From: a virus
Taxonomy: Duplodnaviria > Caudoviricetes
IMG/VR virus record: IMGVR_UViG_3300017747_005419
Location: 1-50,086 of that record
Direction: 5' to 3' (one strand)
DNA length: 50,086 nt
The translations under genes and the position numbers were made by a program. A model generated the notes under the pieces. That model ran no database searches and had not been told where the DNA came from. It saw nothing but the letters and a program-made list of their open reading frames with translations. Position 1 is the first letter of the stretch, and each line of letters starts with the position of its first letter. Below are positions 1 through 9,862 of this stretch, piece by piece.

Positions 1-790
1 ACCTGCAGGTCGAGCGCCGTGCGCACCTCGTGGTGCGCCATGCGCCGTGCTGTGCGTACCGAGCAGGCCACAGGCCTGCACGGCCAGCGTGGTGGTGCTC
101 GGCTGCGCCGAGCCGCTCGACGATGGGGGCCCAGCGTCAGCTGTGGCCCTCGCTGTCCCCAGCTCGGCCACGCAGATGGGTGAGGCACCTCACCCCGAGG
201 GGTGGAGCACCCCCCCCGCAGGGGGGGTGCGTAAGCCCGCCGCCGAGCACCCAAGGGAGGGGTGCTGGCGCAGTCGGTATGCACCGACTGCCGTAGCGGC
301 GGGGCCATATGCCGGCGTTCCGCCGGGGATCGTGCGGATTCCGGGCGTTCCGGCCCGGATCCGCCGTGGGACGGCTGGAACCGTTCCGGTTCCTGCCGGC
401 ACTGCAGACACCGACCATCGTCGGTGTCTCGAGCGCAGCCCCCCGGTGGGGGGCGAGCATGGGGGGGCGCTACCCCCCACGGGCGCGCAGCGCCATGCCC
501 TCCCCATAGCCGGGTTGTTTGTTTCTTGAGCCTCACCCTGTTGGCTCCAGGCACGCCGAGCGCCCGCCGTTTCCGGCGGGCCTCACCACGGAGTCCTCAA
601 CCCTCGACTGCAAGCCCCTTGCCCCGTGGCGGTTACGGTCGCTGCCGTGCCGGGGCCCCGGTTGGGCCGGGGGGCGATCGAGTGCAGGTGTCTTCCGAGC
701 GGCCGGGATCGTTCCCCCCGGCAAGGATGGCGTACGTCGTGATCATGGCACGCCGGCCCCACCGGCGTGCAACCCTCAAGGGCACTTGAA

Positions 791-1144
791 CTATTCGCGA
801 CCCACCCAGGCCCAGTCGTCGATCGGGAAGTCCGCAGGATCCCGATCGTCTCGAGGGTTGGCCTGCCGCCAGTCGAGCCACTGCTCGTTGCAGGCCGCAT
901 GGCCCCAGCCGCCCCAGCCGGTGCGGACCACCGGCCGCTCGTCGAAGTCGCACATGATCAGCCGGCAGTACACGCAGCGCACGTAGCCGTCGTCATCGTC
1001 GAGCTCGGGCTCGTCGTCGGGCAGCTCGAGCGAGACGCAGGTGACGTGCAGCCAGGCGCGCGGGCGACCGTCGATCGGGTCGCCGGCACGGAAGCGCCCT
1101 TTGCACACGACGCATTGGCCGGGGAACTTGGCCGGGAACGCCAT
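791..1144 (-). CDS. small zinc-binding hypothetical protein (two CxxC...HxxC motifs)
   Basis: ATG at 1144 with GAGGAG RBS. MAFPAKFPGQCVVC...HVTC...CVYC...HAAC. Confidence 0.7.
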   Translation of the reverse strand: MAFPAKFPGQCVVCKGRFRAGDPIDGRPRAWLHVTCVSLELPDDEPELDDDDGYVRCVYCRLIMCDFDERPVVRTGWGGWGHAACNEQWLDWRQANPRDDRDPADFPIDDWAWVGRE

Positions 1145-1190
1145 CGAGACTCCTCGTGAGGTATCGTCTCGGCTGCGACGCTGAGACAGG

Positions 1191-1233
1191 GCCGACCCTA
1201 GCGGGTCGGCCCTCGGCGTTCTACGCTGGCCCG
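1191..1233 (+). promoter_or_regulatory. putative leaderless promoter with dyad over the -35 region
   Basis: -10 TACGCT (1222-1227) lies 6 nt before ATG 1234, with no SD. Inverted repeat GCCGACCC-tagc-GGGTCGGC at 1191-1210. Confidence 0.4.
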
Positions 1234-1437
1234 ATGCCTGACGAACCCGTGTCCACCGTGACCACCAAGCCCGAGCCGCCGTCGTCGAACCCGATGCAGC
1301 CGGCGATGAGCCCGAACGCCAACATCCCCCTCGACGACGTGCAGCGCCTCGGCCCCTCCCTCGAGGATCAGGCCAAGGCCGAGGGCGAGCCCGCTCGAGC
1401 ACCGGCCAAGCCGGCGCGAGCGGCGAAGAAGCGCTAG
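1234..1437 (+). CDS. small Pro/Ala-rich hypothetical protein
   Basis: ORF MPDEPVSTVTTKPEPP...AAKKR with high-GC3 codons, followed by a terminator-like hairpin. Confidence 0.6.
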   Translation: MPDEPVSTVTTKPEPPSSNPMQPAMSPNANIPLDDVQRLGPSLEDQAKAEGEPARAPAKPARAAKKR

Positions 1438-1478
1438 AACATCGCCGGGCCCAAAGCGGGCCCCAGGGATGTGTCGTG

Positions 1479-1510
1479 AAGGAGGCTCCTTCGGGAGCCT
1501 CCTTTGCGTT
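1479..1510 (+). terminator. intrinsic terminator-like hairpin
   Basis: AAGGAGGCTCC-TTCG-GGAGCCTCCTT (11 bp, UUCG loop), followed by TGCGTT. Confidence 0.55.
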
Positions 1511-1533
1511 GGGGCCCTGATCTGCGACAATCC

Positions 1534-3660
1534 ATGCATGCTGCATGGATCAAGCCCGTGGTGACCAAGAAGCTGACCGGCAGCTACCGGGTCGGCCCCG
1601 CCGAGCTCAAGCACGTCCGCACCTGGACGAAGGCCGACGCCATCAAAGGCGCCGTCTCGGCCGTGCTCGACCAGGGCGAGTCGAAGCTGCGCGCCCAGCA
1701 GCTCTACGGCGTCAGCCGGCGCACCATCCAGCAGCGGTGCGAAGAGGAGATCAAGCGCCGCCAGGCCCTCAACCCGGACTACCGCCCGCCCGACCTGCCG
1801 GCCGGCGGCTGGGCCAAGAAGGAGCCCGCCCCACAGGTCGACGAGTTCCACAACCTGCAGCTGGTGCCCAAGCTCGCCGTCGTGCCCGACGTCGTCGACG
1901 AGCTCGACGAGTGGGAGGAGCTCGAGGAGCTCGAGAAGGAGCTCGACGAGGACACGGCCGGCGCCTACGTCGGCCCCACCGTCACCAACGAGCGCCGCCG
2001 CGTGCCGGTCGGCGACGAGTTCGACCGCATCTACTTCAACGGCCTCAGCGACTGCCCCGACTGCCTCGTGCACCACGACAGCCCGCCGTTCCACAGCGAG
2101 ATGCGTCGCGCCATGAACGACCCCGACATCAAGCGCCTCGGCTTCAACCTGCCGCCGTACCACGCCAAGTCGACCGTCATCACGATCCGCAACACCGTCG
2201 AGCGCATCGCCCAGAACCCGAACTACCGGCGCATCATCGTGTCGAAGTCGATCGACTTCGCCCGCACGCTCATGGTCGGCATCCAAGACCTGCTGACCAA
2301 CAGCGAGCTCTACGCCAACTGCGAGCGCAACCTCATCGACGACTGGGGCCCGTTCCGCACCGGCGAGAAGGGCGAGCGCTGGAACCAGTCGGCCATGTAC
2401 GTCGCCGGGCGCACCTCGGCCCAGAAGGATCCGACCGTCATCGCCCTCGGCGTCGGTGGCCAAATCTACGGCCGGCGCGCCGACGACATCGTCTTCGACG
2501 ACATCGCCACGGTGGCCAACCAGTCGAACCCCGAGAACGTCGTGAAGATGCTCGAGTGGATCGACAAGGAGGCGCTGTCACGCATCGGCAAGGCCGGCAA
2601 GGCCGGCTGGGTCGGCACCCGTGTGCACGGCGGCGACATCTACAGCCACCTCGCGAAGCGGGTCGGCTACACCTGGGTGCGCTACCCGCTCATCATCGAC
2701 GACGAACAGCAACTCACCCTGTGGCCAGAGCACTTCCCATACGAGCAGGCCATGGTGCACCGCGGCGAGATGTCCGCCCGGGACTTCGCCCTCGTCTACA
2801 TGAACCACGAGCTCCCAGGCTTCGGTGCCAGCTTCACCCCAGAGAACGTCGAGCCATGCTTCGATCATCTGCGCGGCGTTGGGCAGTTCGACCCGAAGTG
2901 GCGGTTGATCGCCGGCCTGGATCCAGCAGGTGGTGGGGCCGGCGGTGGCGTCACCTCGGCGCTTCTCTACGGCGTGGACCTTGAGACGGGCATGCGTTTC
3001 ATCGTCGACCATCAGGCCACCCAAGGTATGCGCGCCCCCGAGCTCAAGGCGCTCATCTTCGACTGGTCCGATCGCTACCCGATCTACGCCTGGCGCGTCG
3101 AGAACAACGCCGTGCAGTCGAACCTCGTGCAGTTCAACGAGGACATCACGCGGCCCCTCGCCCAGCGCGGCACGCGCGTCGAAGGCCACGTCACCACCTC
3201 CAACAAGTGGGATCCGCAGGTCGGTGTCGAGTCGATCGCACCGCTGTTCTCGAGCGGCATGATCTCGATCCCGTGGGCGAACGAACCGAGCCGGCGCATC
3301 ATGCAGCCGCTCATCGACGAGCTCTACACGTTCCCCATCGGCGTCAAGCAGGATCGTGTCATGTCGCTGTGGTTCGCCGAGCTCGGCGTGCGCGACATCC
3401 TGCGGCGCGCTGCTATGCCGCTGTTCGACCAGCGCACCGATCGCTGGCCGAACCGCATCAAGCGCAACCGTCGCATCGTCGACTTCGCCGAAGGCAAGGT
3501 CGAGCGTGTCGGGCTGCACGACCAGCTGCCGACGCGCGTGTTGCGCAACCGTCGCGTCGTCGGCCGGCTCACCGGCCACGGCACGCCGATGCCTCTGCAA
3601 CCCATCAAGACGCCCCTCATCAACGTGGCGGGCTACGTGGAAGGTGACGATCTTGCTTGA
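1534..3660 (+). CDS. terL: terminase large subunit with N-terminal HTH domain
   Basis: Walker A-like LPPYHAKST, GVGGQIYGRRADDIVFDD (Walker B), VGTR coupling motif, RNase H-like GLDPA...VENN...QDRVMSLW. Start uncertain (1504/1534/1558). Confidence 0.9.
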   Translation: MHAAWIKPVVTKKLTGSYRVGPAELKHVRTWTKADAIKGAVSAVLDQGESKLRAQQLYGVSRRTIQQRCEEEIKRRQALNPDYRPPDLPAGGWAKKEPAPQVDEFHNLQLVPKLAVVPDVVDELDEWEELEELEKELDEDTAGAYVGPTVTNERRRVPVGDEFDRIYFNGLSDCPDCLVHHDSPPFHSEMRRAMNDPDIKRLGFNLPPYHAKSTVITIRNTVERIAQNPNYRRIIVSKSIDFARTLMVGIQDLLTNSELYANCERNLIDDWGPFRTGEKGERWNQSAMYVAGRTSAQKDPTVIALGVGGQIYGRRADDIVFDDIATVANQSNPENVVKMLEWIDKEALSRIGKAGKAGWVGTRVHGGDIYSHLAKRVGYTWVRYPLIIDDEQQLTLWPEHFPYEQAMVHRGEMSARDFALVYMNHELPGFGASFTPENVEPCFDHLRGVGQFDPKWRLIAGLDPAGGGAGGGVTSALLYGVDLETGMRFIVDHQATQGMRAPELKALIFDWSDRYPIYAWRVENNAVQSNLVQFNEDITRPLAQRGTRVEGHVTTSNKWDPQVGVESIAPLFSSGMISIPWANEPSRRIMQPLIDELYTFPIGVKQDRVMSLWFAELGVRDILRRAAMPLFDQRTDRWPNRIKRNRRIVDFAEGKVERVGLHDQLPTRVLRNRRVVGRLTGHGTPMPLQPIKTPLINVAGYVEGDDLA

Positions 3661-5449
3661 CCTCGTGGAGCTCCCCGGGCTCTGGACCGACTGGCGTTCG
3701 CGATTCAACGATCGAGCGGCGCGCTACGAAGAGATCGATCGCGTGGTGGCCGGCACGTACGACGTGTTCGACGCCGACGAGCAGACCGCACTCAACGCCT
3801 CGCCGAACTTCATCGAGACGGCACTCTCCGACACCGCCGAAGCGGCGTCGCTGGTGCCGACGGTGCGCTGCACCCCGCACCTCAACAGCGACCTGCAGCG
3901 CAAGCGTGCCGGCATCATGGAACGCATCGGCATGGCGTACATGACCGCCTGGGGCGCCGACCTGTTGATCCCGCACACGGTGCGCAACATGGCCCAGTAC
4001 GGCCTCGGGTGCTGGGTGATCTGGCCCGACTTCGAGCAGCGCATCCCGCTGCTCGAGACGCGCGACCCGCGCACCTGCTTCCCCGAGCCGGGCTATCACG
4101 CAGGCGACAAGGTGCGGCGCTGCATGTTCACGCGCGACGTCTACCTCAGCTCGCTGTGCGCCGAGCACATGACCATCCTCGCCGGGTGGTACCTGTCGAA
4201 GGAGGGCCGCAGCCATCAGCGCATCACGAACCAAACGAAGGTCACGCTCGTCGAGTGGTTCGACGAAGACGAGTACGTCCTCGCCGCCCTCATGGCCAAC
4301 AGCGGCGCCACTGCCGCCGGCTCCAGCGTCCGCTACACCCCCGTCGCCCTCGAGCGCATACCCAACCGTCTCGGTGTCGTGCCCGTGGTGCTCGGTGCCC
4401 GAATCACCGACGACGAGTTCCGCGGTCAGTTCGATCAGGTGCTTGACCTCCAGCGTGCTCACGTACGGCTGAGCTCGCTGGCGCTCGACTACGCCGACCA
4501 GTCGGTGTACTCCGACATCTGGGTGCGCGACCCGATGGGCGAGGTGTCCTTCGGTGGTGGCAGCTTCATCGAGGTCGGCCCCAACGGGGCCATCGGTCGC
4601 GTGCCGCCGGCCTCGAGCTCGCTGAACGTGCAGCGCGACCTGCAGCAGCTCGAGACGGGCATGCACCTCGGCGCGCGCTGGCCGCAGTCGCGCCCCGGCG
4701 AGATCAGCCAGTCGATCGCCTCGGCGAAGTTCCTCGAGTCGGCTGCCGGCATGATGAACACCGCCATCCGCACCTACCACCTGCTGCTGTCGCGCATGTT
4801 CGACCAGGCGCTGCAGATCGCCCTCGAGCTCGACGTGAAGCTCCTCCCGGGCAAGAAGACCATCAGCGGCGTGCTGCGCAACCAGAACTTCCTCGAGGAG
4901 TACGACACCGCCGACATCGAACTGAAGAACCGCATGCGTGCCGAGTACGGCATCGGCCTCGGCCGCACCTCGAGCGAGAGCGCCGTGCTCGCGATCCAAT
5001 ACGCCCAGAACGGGCTCATCAGCCAGGAGCTCGTGCAGGAGTCGATCGAAGGCGTCACCGACCTTGCTCGCGAGCGCGCCCGCATCGACACCGAGAAGCT
5101 GGCCGGCGTGCTGTTCGCCAAGATCCTGCAGGACTCACAGACCGGCGCACTGCCCGACGACCAACTCGTCGAGATCCTGAAGCGTCGCCAGAAAGGCGAC
5201 GACATGGTCGCCCTCTACGAGGAGTTCGTCATCGCACCGAAGAAGGCGCAGATGCAGCCGGGCATCCCCGGCGCCGGCCCCGCCGGCCTCATGCCGGGCA
5301 TGCCGATGGGCACGCCCCCCGGTGCGCCCCCCGGCGCCCCCGCAGGGCCCACACCGCCCCCGGCGCCCGACCCCTCGCAGCTGTCGGCGCGCCTCATCGC
5401 CGGTGACCGCAACGCCTCGCTCATGGCCCAGACCGGCGGTGGCCGGTGA
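3644..5449 (+). CDS. portal protein
   Basis: ~600 aa ORF directly after TerL; podovirus-portal-like segments (DPRTCFPEPG, NRLGVVPVV, RGQFDQV) and a Pro/Gly-rich C-tail. GTG start inferred. Confidence 0.8.
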   Translation: MTILLDLVELPGLWTDWRSRFNDRAARYEEIDRVVAGTYDVFDADEQTALNASPNFIETALSDTAEAASLVPTVRCTPHLNSDLQRKRAGIMERIGMAYMTAWGADLLIPHTVRNMAQYGLGCWVIWPDFEQRIPLLETRDPRTCFPEPGYHAGDKVRRCMFTRDVYLSSLCAEHMTILAGWYLSKEGRSHQRITNQTKVTLVEWFDEDEYVLAALMANSGATAAGSSVRYTPVALERIPNRLGVVPVVLGARITDDEFRGQFDQVLDLQRAHVRLSSLALDYADQSVYSDIWVRDPMGEVSFGGGSFIEVGPNGAIGRVPPASSSLNVQRDLQQLETGMHLGARWPQSRPGEISQSIASAKFLESAAGMMNTAIRTYHLLLSRMFDQALQIALELDVKLLPGKKTISGVLRNQNFLEEYDTADIELKNRMRAEYGIGLGRTSSESAVLAIQYAQNGLISQELVQESIEGVTDLARERARIDTEKLAGVLFAKILQDSQTGALPDDQLVEILKRRQKGDDMVALYEEFVIAPKKAQMQPGIPGAGPAGLMPGMPMGTPPGAPPGAPAGPTPPPAPDPSQLSARLIAGDRNASLMAQTGGGR

Positions 5450-5625
5450 TGGCCGATCTGCATCGCATCGGCCCCGACGACGCCGAGTCGGACTCGTGGT
5501 GGGTGATCTCCGCGAGCGACCTGCGCTCCGCACTGGCGCGCGCTCGAGACGGTGAGGACGTCGACCTCATCGAGGTCGAGCTCTACGCCAACAGCGAAAC
5601 CACCCAGTTCGGAGACGACGACTGA
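5449..5625 (+). CDS. small acidic hypothetical protein (58 aa)
   Basis: TGATG overlaps at both ends. MADLHRIGPDDAESDSWWVISASDLRS...; below the ORF-track cutoff. Confidence 0.65.
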   Translation: MADLHRIGPDDAESDSWWVISASDLRSALARARDGEDVDLIEVELYANSETTQFGDDD

Positions 5626-6032
5626 TGGACATCCCTGAGAAGACCCCGAGCTCGGTGAACCAGCCGGCCTCTGGCACCTACGGCGAAGGTGCCGACCTGG
5701 CGCGCCTGAAGGCGCAGCTGCCGTCACCGTCGGCGCCGATCGGCTCGGGGCCCAACACCGAGCCCGCACCGGCGCCCATGGGCACCACGCCACCGCGCCC
5801 GCCCGACGGCGGGCAGTCGCCCATCGAAGGCCTGCCGGCGTCGCTGTTCACCCAGCCCACCACCCGGCCCCTCGAGCCGGGTACGGCCATGCCGTCGAAC
5901 ACGCCGCAGCCGTCGACGATGACCGGCCAGCAGCAGCGCATCATGATCCTCGACGCCCTCGCCAACGACCCGTCGCGCAGCGAAGAGACGCGCGAGTGGG
6001 CGCGCATGATGATCCGCATTCTGGTGGGCTGA
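5625..6032 (+). CDS. Pro-rich hypothetical virion-associated protein
   Basis: Coupled by TGATG overlaps; GTYGE motif; position after portal. Confidence 0.7.
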   Translation: MDIPEKTPSSVNQPASGTYGEGADLARLKAQLPSPSAPIGSGPNTEPAPAPMGTTPPRPPDGGQSPIEGLPASLFTQPTTRPLEPGTAMPSNTPQPSTMTGQQQRIMILDALANDPSRSEETREWARMMIRILVG

Positions 6033-9000
6033 TGGGCATCCTCGAGGATCTCAAGAACCTCGTCGGCGGCACCGACGAGGAAGCCGCCGCTGCGCGCGAG
6101 CAAGGCATCGGTGGTGCGCTGCGTGCTGCGCCCACCAACGTGGGCAAGGCCGTCAACACGGCCGTGCAGTTCGGCGCTGTCGGTGACGTGTCGTCGACGA
6201 TCGGCATGGCCACCGGGGCCGACCCGGTGTCGGGCTATCGCCAGTCGAAGGAGGAGCGCGGCCTCGGCCTCGCGACCCTGTTCGGCTTCGGTGGCGCAGC
6301 GAGCGCCATGGGCGTGCTGGCCGGCACCGGCCGCATGTCGAAGAAGGTGCGCGAGGCGCTCGACGCCGCACAAAACGCACGCGCCGATGCGCTCGCCGCC
6401 GACCAGGCGCTCGGTGTGCAGCGCATGTTCCGCCCCGAGCCGCTGCCCCAAGCGGTCGAGCAGATCGCCGGCATGCGCCAGACCGGCACGCAGATGCTGC
6501 CGGTGCAGAAGACGATCTCGGAGCTCGCTGCAGCGAACCAGCCCGTGTCGATCTGGAGCAGTCACGCCGCCAACGGCATGATCCGCTACCGCGACACGCA
6601 CGCCTTCCTCGAGGCGTCACCGGATCCGCTCACCGGCTACGCCCGCCACGCTCGCACCCTCGTGCGCACCGACGACCCGGTCGGCCTCGCCCAGGCCGAC
6701 GGGTTCGTGCGCGCCATGGGGCCGCGTTGGGCGAACACCACGCACTACCGCGCAGCCGGCGTGGTCGGCATGGCTGGCGAGGATGCCGAGCGCGCCCAGA
6801 TCGTCATCGCCGGCTTCGAGCTGTCGCGCTTCAACGCCGCCATCGAGAAGGGCGTGTTGGCAAGCACGCAGAAGCACAAGAAGGGGCGCTTGGCCACGCA
6901 GGCGTGGGAGAAGCTGCGCAACGGCGAGCCGCTTATGCCGAAGGAGACAGAGGTGCTCTCCGACGTCATGGAGCAGTTCGCTGATGCCGTGTGGTTCCTC
7001 GACTCGCCCGAGCTCACCGGCACCCCGCTCGCCCACATCACGAAGGTGAACCTCGAAGGCGCCGAGCCTGTCGTCGGCGTGCGCTACAAGCAGTTCGACG
7101 CCGCCTCCATCGATCAGATGACGTGGAAGGAAACGAACCGGCGCATCAGTGCGCTGTTCGCCGGTGACCCCACCGCCATGGTCCCGGTGCTCACCTCGAA
7201 CATCACGAACTTCACGAAGAAGTTCGTCGACGAGCACACCATGGAGTACTTCCGCGACTGGTACCCGCAGGCGCGCGTGTCGACCGGCGAAGCCGCAGCG
7301 CGCGTCGGCATGGACGCCGAGCGCTTCATCGTGCTCACGGCGATCATGTCGCCGGGCCAGCCGTGGGATGCGAACGTGCCGAAGGCCGAAGCGTTCGCAC
7401 GCGCCCTCAAGGATCTCGAGGCGGGCAAGTTCAAGTCGCCGCTGCAGGGCGAGATCCCGCCGAAGATCCGCGCTGCGATCGAGCGCGAGATGAAGGACGC
7501 CGGGATCAAGGCGAAGAAGGGCCAGACCGACGACGGCTCCGAGATCACGCGCCTGTGGGCGGCGATGGCGCGCGGTGACTACTCCGACGGCAAGGGTCAG
7601 ATGATCCCGCTCGCCTCGGCCGTGCAGGCCGTGCTGGTGTCGAAGGCCAAGGATCCGTGGGGCATCTTCACGAAGGGCACGACGCGCACCGCACCCACCA
7701 AGAGCGGGTTGCCGGCGGGCCTCAAGACCGCCGGCATGAAGAAGCTGTTCGAGGAGGGCGCCGATCCCGACGAGCTCTTCGCCATGCGCTCCAACAACCC
7801 GGACCAGCAGCTGAAGGTGCCGTCGTTCACGCATGCGATCGCACGCAGCGACGAAGAGGATCTGCTCGGCCAAGGCGAGTACATGGCCAAGCTGATGCAC
7901 GGTGGCGGCATCTTCCGCGAGGGCCTCACCGATGCCGAGGTGATGAAGTCGCTGCGCGGCGAGCTCCCCGTCGTCGTCGACCGCCAGGCGTTCAAGATCG
8001 CCATGGGTTTCAGCGTCCTGCCCGACACGTTCCTGTCGGCACAGAAGGACGTGTTCGATTCGCTCGCTCAGGCGTATCGCAACGCTTCGCTTGAGCTCGG
8101 CGTGGTGCCCGCTCTCGGGCGCCACCTGCTGCCCGAGGAGCTGCAGGCAGCGACGTGGGTGCAGTACCGCATGCAGGGCCAGGTGAAGTTCGAGACGGGC
8201 GAGATCCCGCAGGGCTTCGACGTGCCCGAGTCGATGAACACGAACCTCAACCGTGCACGCGGCACGCGCCGCTGGGAGGCGGGCATGACGCGCCCGTCGC
8301 CGAACACGGTGCTCGCCGGCTACACCGAAGGCGCCGGCCCCGACCTCATCTGGGACCACAGTGTGTGGGATCTCATCACCGGCAACGCCGACCGGCTGCC
8401 GTGGCACGGCGTCGACGCTCTCGACCAGGGCACCAACTACGGCCGCTTCTACACGAAGGTCGTCGACTGGTTCGCCGATCCGAACCCGGAGACGCGCAAG
8501 CGTGCCGACTCGCCGCTGCGCGAGATCGACGTGCACATGGCACCCGACGGCACGATGAAGATCCTGTCGCCCGACACGCGCCCCGTCGTGTCGGGCGCAC
8601 TCAACGCCCGCTACCCGATCATGGGCAAGCTCGAGTTCGACGAGGGCCCCAACGAGCAGGTGATGGCGCCGTCGTTCCCGGCGCCCGTGCCCGATGCTCG
8701 CGCCATCCTCGACAAGCTCACCGAGTCGACGGTGCACCGCGCGAAGCCCGAGCTGCGCGACGACACCGGCGCAGCGTTCTTCCCGACGAACGCACCGAAC
8801 ACGCTCGGCCTCGACGGCAACCACATGTGGGTGTCGACGGTGGCGTCGATGAACGCAGGCGACCAGTTCGGTGTCGCTGCGATGCGACAGGTGCACGCCG
8901 AGCTCACCGCTGCCGGCATCAAGGCCGAGATCACGTTGACCGATCCCTACATCGGCATCACGCGCCCACCGCTCACGCCCGACAAGGCGGGCGCCATGGT

Positions 9001-9862
9001 GCCGCTGTGGGATCCCGAAGAGGCGCGCCAGGCGGCGATCCTGCGCTTCGAAACCAACGACGATCTGCAGGCTGCAGCGCAGTGGATGCTCATCAAGAAC
9101 GAGGACGGTGTCGCCAACTACAAGCGCATCTTCCAAGAGGAGATCCTCGACTCGCGCTACTACGTCGACAACGACATCTCGGCACCGCCGGGCACCACGG
9201 CGGTGTACGAGCACCACTTCAAAGACGCCCAGGGCCGCGTGCTCGTGAACCTCAACACGGCAGGCGACCAGTTCTGGTCGAACAGCCGCAAGGTGTACCT
9301 GCCCGAGGAGATGGCCAGCTTCGTCACGCCGGCGTTCACCACCGGCCTGCAGCCGGGCGCACCGATGCACACCATCGACCCGTGGGCCACCGTGCCGCCG
9401 ATCGAAGGGCTCGAGGTGCGCGGCGTCAAGCCGACCGACGACGCATGGTCCGACATCGAGGTGCGTTCACCGTTCGGCCTCTACGAGGTGCGCACCCGCG
9501 ACGCCGAAGGCAAGTGGTCGACGTGGAAGAAGCCGAAGGAGTTCGCCGTCTACATCCCCGACGACGGCACCCAGCCGCAGATCGCGATCGGCACCGACAC
9601 GATCCCGGGTGTCGACCCGACGCGCATCGTGCGCGTGCGCGCCGGCAAAGAGCCCGAGTTCCACATGACGGGCGACAAGAAGGGCGAGATCAAGGTCGAC
9701 CCCGACACGAAGAAAGAGATTTGGCGCAACGTCACCCAGATGATCCCGCACACCAACGAGCTCGGTGAAGCGGACGCTGTGTACGGTCGCCACGTCTACG
9801 AGCTCCTGCGTCGCGTCGGCTTCGACGGCCCGATGCGAGCAACCGAATGGAAGCGCACATGA
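6032..9862 (+). CDS. large putative internal virion/ejection protein with a DUF7178/HhH-glycosylase-like domain
   Basis: ~1276 aa. Motifs RDWY, AIMSPGQPWDAN, KVPSF, VVVDR, LAQAYR, ELQAATWV; the family assignment is from recall only. Confidence 0.6.
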   Translation: MGILEDLKNLVGGTDEEAAAAREQGIGGALRAAPTNVGKAVNTAVQFGAVGDVSSTIGMATGADPVSGYRQSKEERGLGLATLFGFGGAASAMGVLAGTGRMSKKVREALDAAQNARADALAADQALGVQRMFRPEPLPQAVEQIAGMRQTGTQMLPVQKTISELAAANQPVSIWSSHAANGMIRYRDTHAFLEASPDPLTGYARHARTLVRTDDPVGLAQADGFVRAMGPRWANTTHYRAAGVVGMAGEDAERAQIVIAGFELSRFNAAIEKGVLASTQKHKKGRLATQAWEKLRNGEPLMPKETEVLSDVMEQFADAVWFLDSPELTGTPLAHITKVNLEGAEPVVGVRYKQFDAASIDQMTWKETNRRISALFAGDPTAMVPVLTSNITNFTKKFVDEHTMEYFRDWYPQARVSTGEAAARVGMDAERFIVLTAIMSPGQPWDANVPKAEAFARALKDLEAGKFKSPLQGEIPPKIRAAIEREMKDAGIKAKKGQTDDGSEITRLWAAMARGDYSDGKGQMIPLASAVQAVLVSKAKDPWGIFTKGTTRTAPTKSGLPAGLKTAGMKKLFEEGADPDELFAMRSNNPDQQLKVPSFTHAIARSDEEDLLGQGEYMAKLMHGGGIFREGLTDAEVMKSLRGELPVVVDRQAFKIAMGFSVLPDTFLSAQKDVFDSLAQAYRNASLELGVVPALGRHLLPEELQAATWVQYRMQGQVKFETGEIPQGFDVPESMNTNLNRARGTRRWEAGMTRPSPNTVLAGYTEGAGPDLIWDHSVWDLITGNADRLPWHGVDALDQGTNYGRFYTKVVDWFADPNPETRKRADSPLREIDVHMAPDGTMKILSPDTRPVVSGALNARYPIMGKLEFDEGPNEQVMAPSFPAPVPDARAILDKLTESTVHRAKPELRDDTGAAFFPTNAPNTLGLDGNHMWVSTVASMNAGDQFGVAAMRQVHAELTAAGIKAEITLTDPYIGITRPPLTPDKAGAMVPLWDPEEARQAAILRFETNDDLQAAAQWMLIKNEDGVANYKRIFQEEILDSRYYVDNDISAPPGTTAVYEHHFKDAQGRVLVNLNTAGDQFWSNSRKVYLPEEMASFVTPAFTTGLQPGAPMHTIDPWATVPPIEGLEVRGVKPTDDAWSDIEVRSPFGLYEVRTRDAEGKWSTWKKPKEFAVYIPDDGTQPQIAIGTDTIPGVDPTRIVRVRAGKEPEFHMTGDKKGEIKVDPDTKKEIWRNVTQMIPHTNELGEADAVYGRHVYELLRRVGFDGPMRATEWKRT

